Assembly (NCBI GenBank): GCA_964276515.1
Contig: OZ193909.1
Location: 186,001-250,000 of the forward strand
DNA: 64,000 nucleotides
Direction of reading: 5' to 3'
Origin: Gordius albopunctatus
Lineage: Eukaryota
Shown: positions 62,350 through 64,000 of the stretch, one piece after another
Numbering within the stretch: the first letter of the stretch is position 1
Layout: each line of letters starts with the position of its first letter
Position numbers and translations under genes: made by a program
The notes under the pieces: model-generated
The model's input: the letters and a program-made list of their open reading frames with translations, nothing else
What the model was told of the DNA's origin: nothing
Database searches by the model: none

Positions 62350-64000
62350 TCGTCAACACGGCTGTCAGGCCTGGATAGCCGAGCGTCACCCCTGATCCAA
62401 GTGCTATGAAAGTTCGTAATAATGAAAGTAATGAAAGCGCTAGAGCGTCCTCCGTAAACGACGCGCATGGTAGGCGCCCGTATCATGTGAAAAGTCAACG
62501 AGGGTCACTACATCTTCCGCAAACGGATGTAGTTAAAGAAACTAGTTTTCTAAGGACGAGATTGAGAGTGGGCTCGCTAAACGTTGGACGGTGACTGCAA
62601 AATGCCGAGAAGTTGCTGACACCCTCAGCAAGCAACGGGTCGATATAGCGTGTATACAGGAAACAAGATGGAAAGGCGCAAAAGCAAGGATGATAGGTGA
62701 AGGCTATAAACTTTACTTCAATGGTCTCGAAACGAATATAAATGGCGTGGCAATCATACTAGCCTCACATCTGCAAGATAAAGTCATTGAGGTACAAAGA
62801 AAAAGTGGGCGACTCAGGATGTTGAAACTATGCATAAAAGGTGATATGATTAATGTAGTTTCCGGATATGCTCCGCAAACAGAATGTACAGATGAAGAAA
62901 AGGAGGAATTTCGGGAAGAATTAGACGAAATTCTGCGAATGATACCCATAGCCGAAATAGTTATAATTGGAGCAGATATGAATTGTCATGTAGACAAAAC
63001 AAGAGAAGGATTCGAACGGTACCATGGTGGAAATGGCTACGGAGCGAGAAACGATGAAGGCGAAAAAATATTGAAAATATCCGTTGCATTTGATTTGGCC
63101 ATCACAAATACCTTCTTCAAAAAGAATGTAAATCACCTAATAACGTGCAAAAGTGGAAATCGATATTCGCAGATTGACTTCCTCCTAATATCAAGAAAGG
63201 AATTAAAGAATGTACGAGATTGTAAGGTGATACCAGGTGAGGCTATTGCAGCCTAGCATAGACTTGTTGTGATGGACTATACCATCTCCAAGGCGAAAAC
63301 ACAAAAGCCGAAGAGATTAAATGGGAAAATCAAATGGTTCCGGCTATCAAAATTGAAACATATTTACAATGATCAAATAGTTGAACGGCTGCAAATAGAT
63401 GATCAGCAGAATGCTAACGATTTGTGGAATAACATAGCTAACACGGTACGATTAGTAGCGAGATGTGTTCTAGGCGAAGGTAAACCAGGTATACAAAAAA
63501 ATAAATAGACATGGTGGTGGAACAAAGACGTGCAACGCCTGCTCAAATTGTAAAGAAAGCTTTACAAATTATGGTCAGGAAACAGAAATGAGGAAACACG
63601 ATTGGCATATGTGAAAGCTAAAAATGAGGCAAAATGTTGTGTAGCCAAGGCTAAAACAGAGGTCTACGAGAATTTGAATGCCAAGTTAATCGGTAAAGAA
63701 GGGGAAAGAATGATCTACAAAATCGGAAAGACCAGGGCAAGGAACTCAAAGGATGTGGTAAACGTGAAAACCATAAAGAGCAAAGATGGCATCACTCTAA
63801 CTCTGGACTATCAAATCATAGATCGTTGCGAAGAATATTATAAAGAATTATTAAACAATAAAAATGGGTTTTCAGACCACTGCGAAAGCAAAAACTATGA
63901 ATATGACCCAGAGTTAGAAGTGACAGAAGAAGATGTTGACCAGGTGCTTAAAAAGATGACCATGGGTAGAGCAGTGGGACCTGATAATATACCTATGGAA
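62350..64000 (+). mobile_element. RTE-clade LINE 5' portion (structured 5' UTR, APE endonuclease, start of RT), runs off the window
   Basis: GSLNVG, IQETRW, NGVAII, YAPQ, GADMN, SQIDFLL, DCKVIPGE and AVGPDNIP. Frameshift near 62590 and stops at 63256 and 63508. Confidence 0.95.

Overview
AT-rich, transposon-dense eukaryotic (invertebrate animal) genomic window whose genes have many very short GT-AG introns (about 36-45 nt). Five host genes are supported: a CLK/Doa LAMMER kinase (+, 12520-15897), cysteine dioxygenase (+, 24134-26842), a long multi-exon coiled-coil gene whose C-terminus resembles a divergent CEP290 (-, 33278-43005), a class C (mGluR-like) GPCR (-, 49672-52864) and a secreted HFRGG-motif (integrin-beta-like/Sib-like) protein gene (+, 55138-about 60792). 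The rest is nested mobile DNA. This includes a hAT element carrying an internally deleted Gypsy gag-pol, three RTE LINE copies, CRE-like RT/REL retroelements (one with a 36-bp target duplication), a young non-autonomous LTR element in the 3' UTR of the coiled-coil gene, a Harbinger nested in a hAT MITE, and several MITE families. The most notable observations are a 91-nt CLK cassette exon whose skipping gives the same frameshift-stop as in vertebrate CLK1, an unexplained highly structured 220-nt candidate ncRNA upstream of the kinase, and the shortened, divergent CEP290-like protein. All calls come from reading the sequence by eye; no searches were run and the species was not determined.
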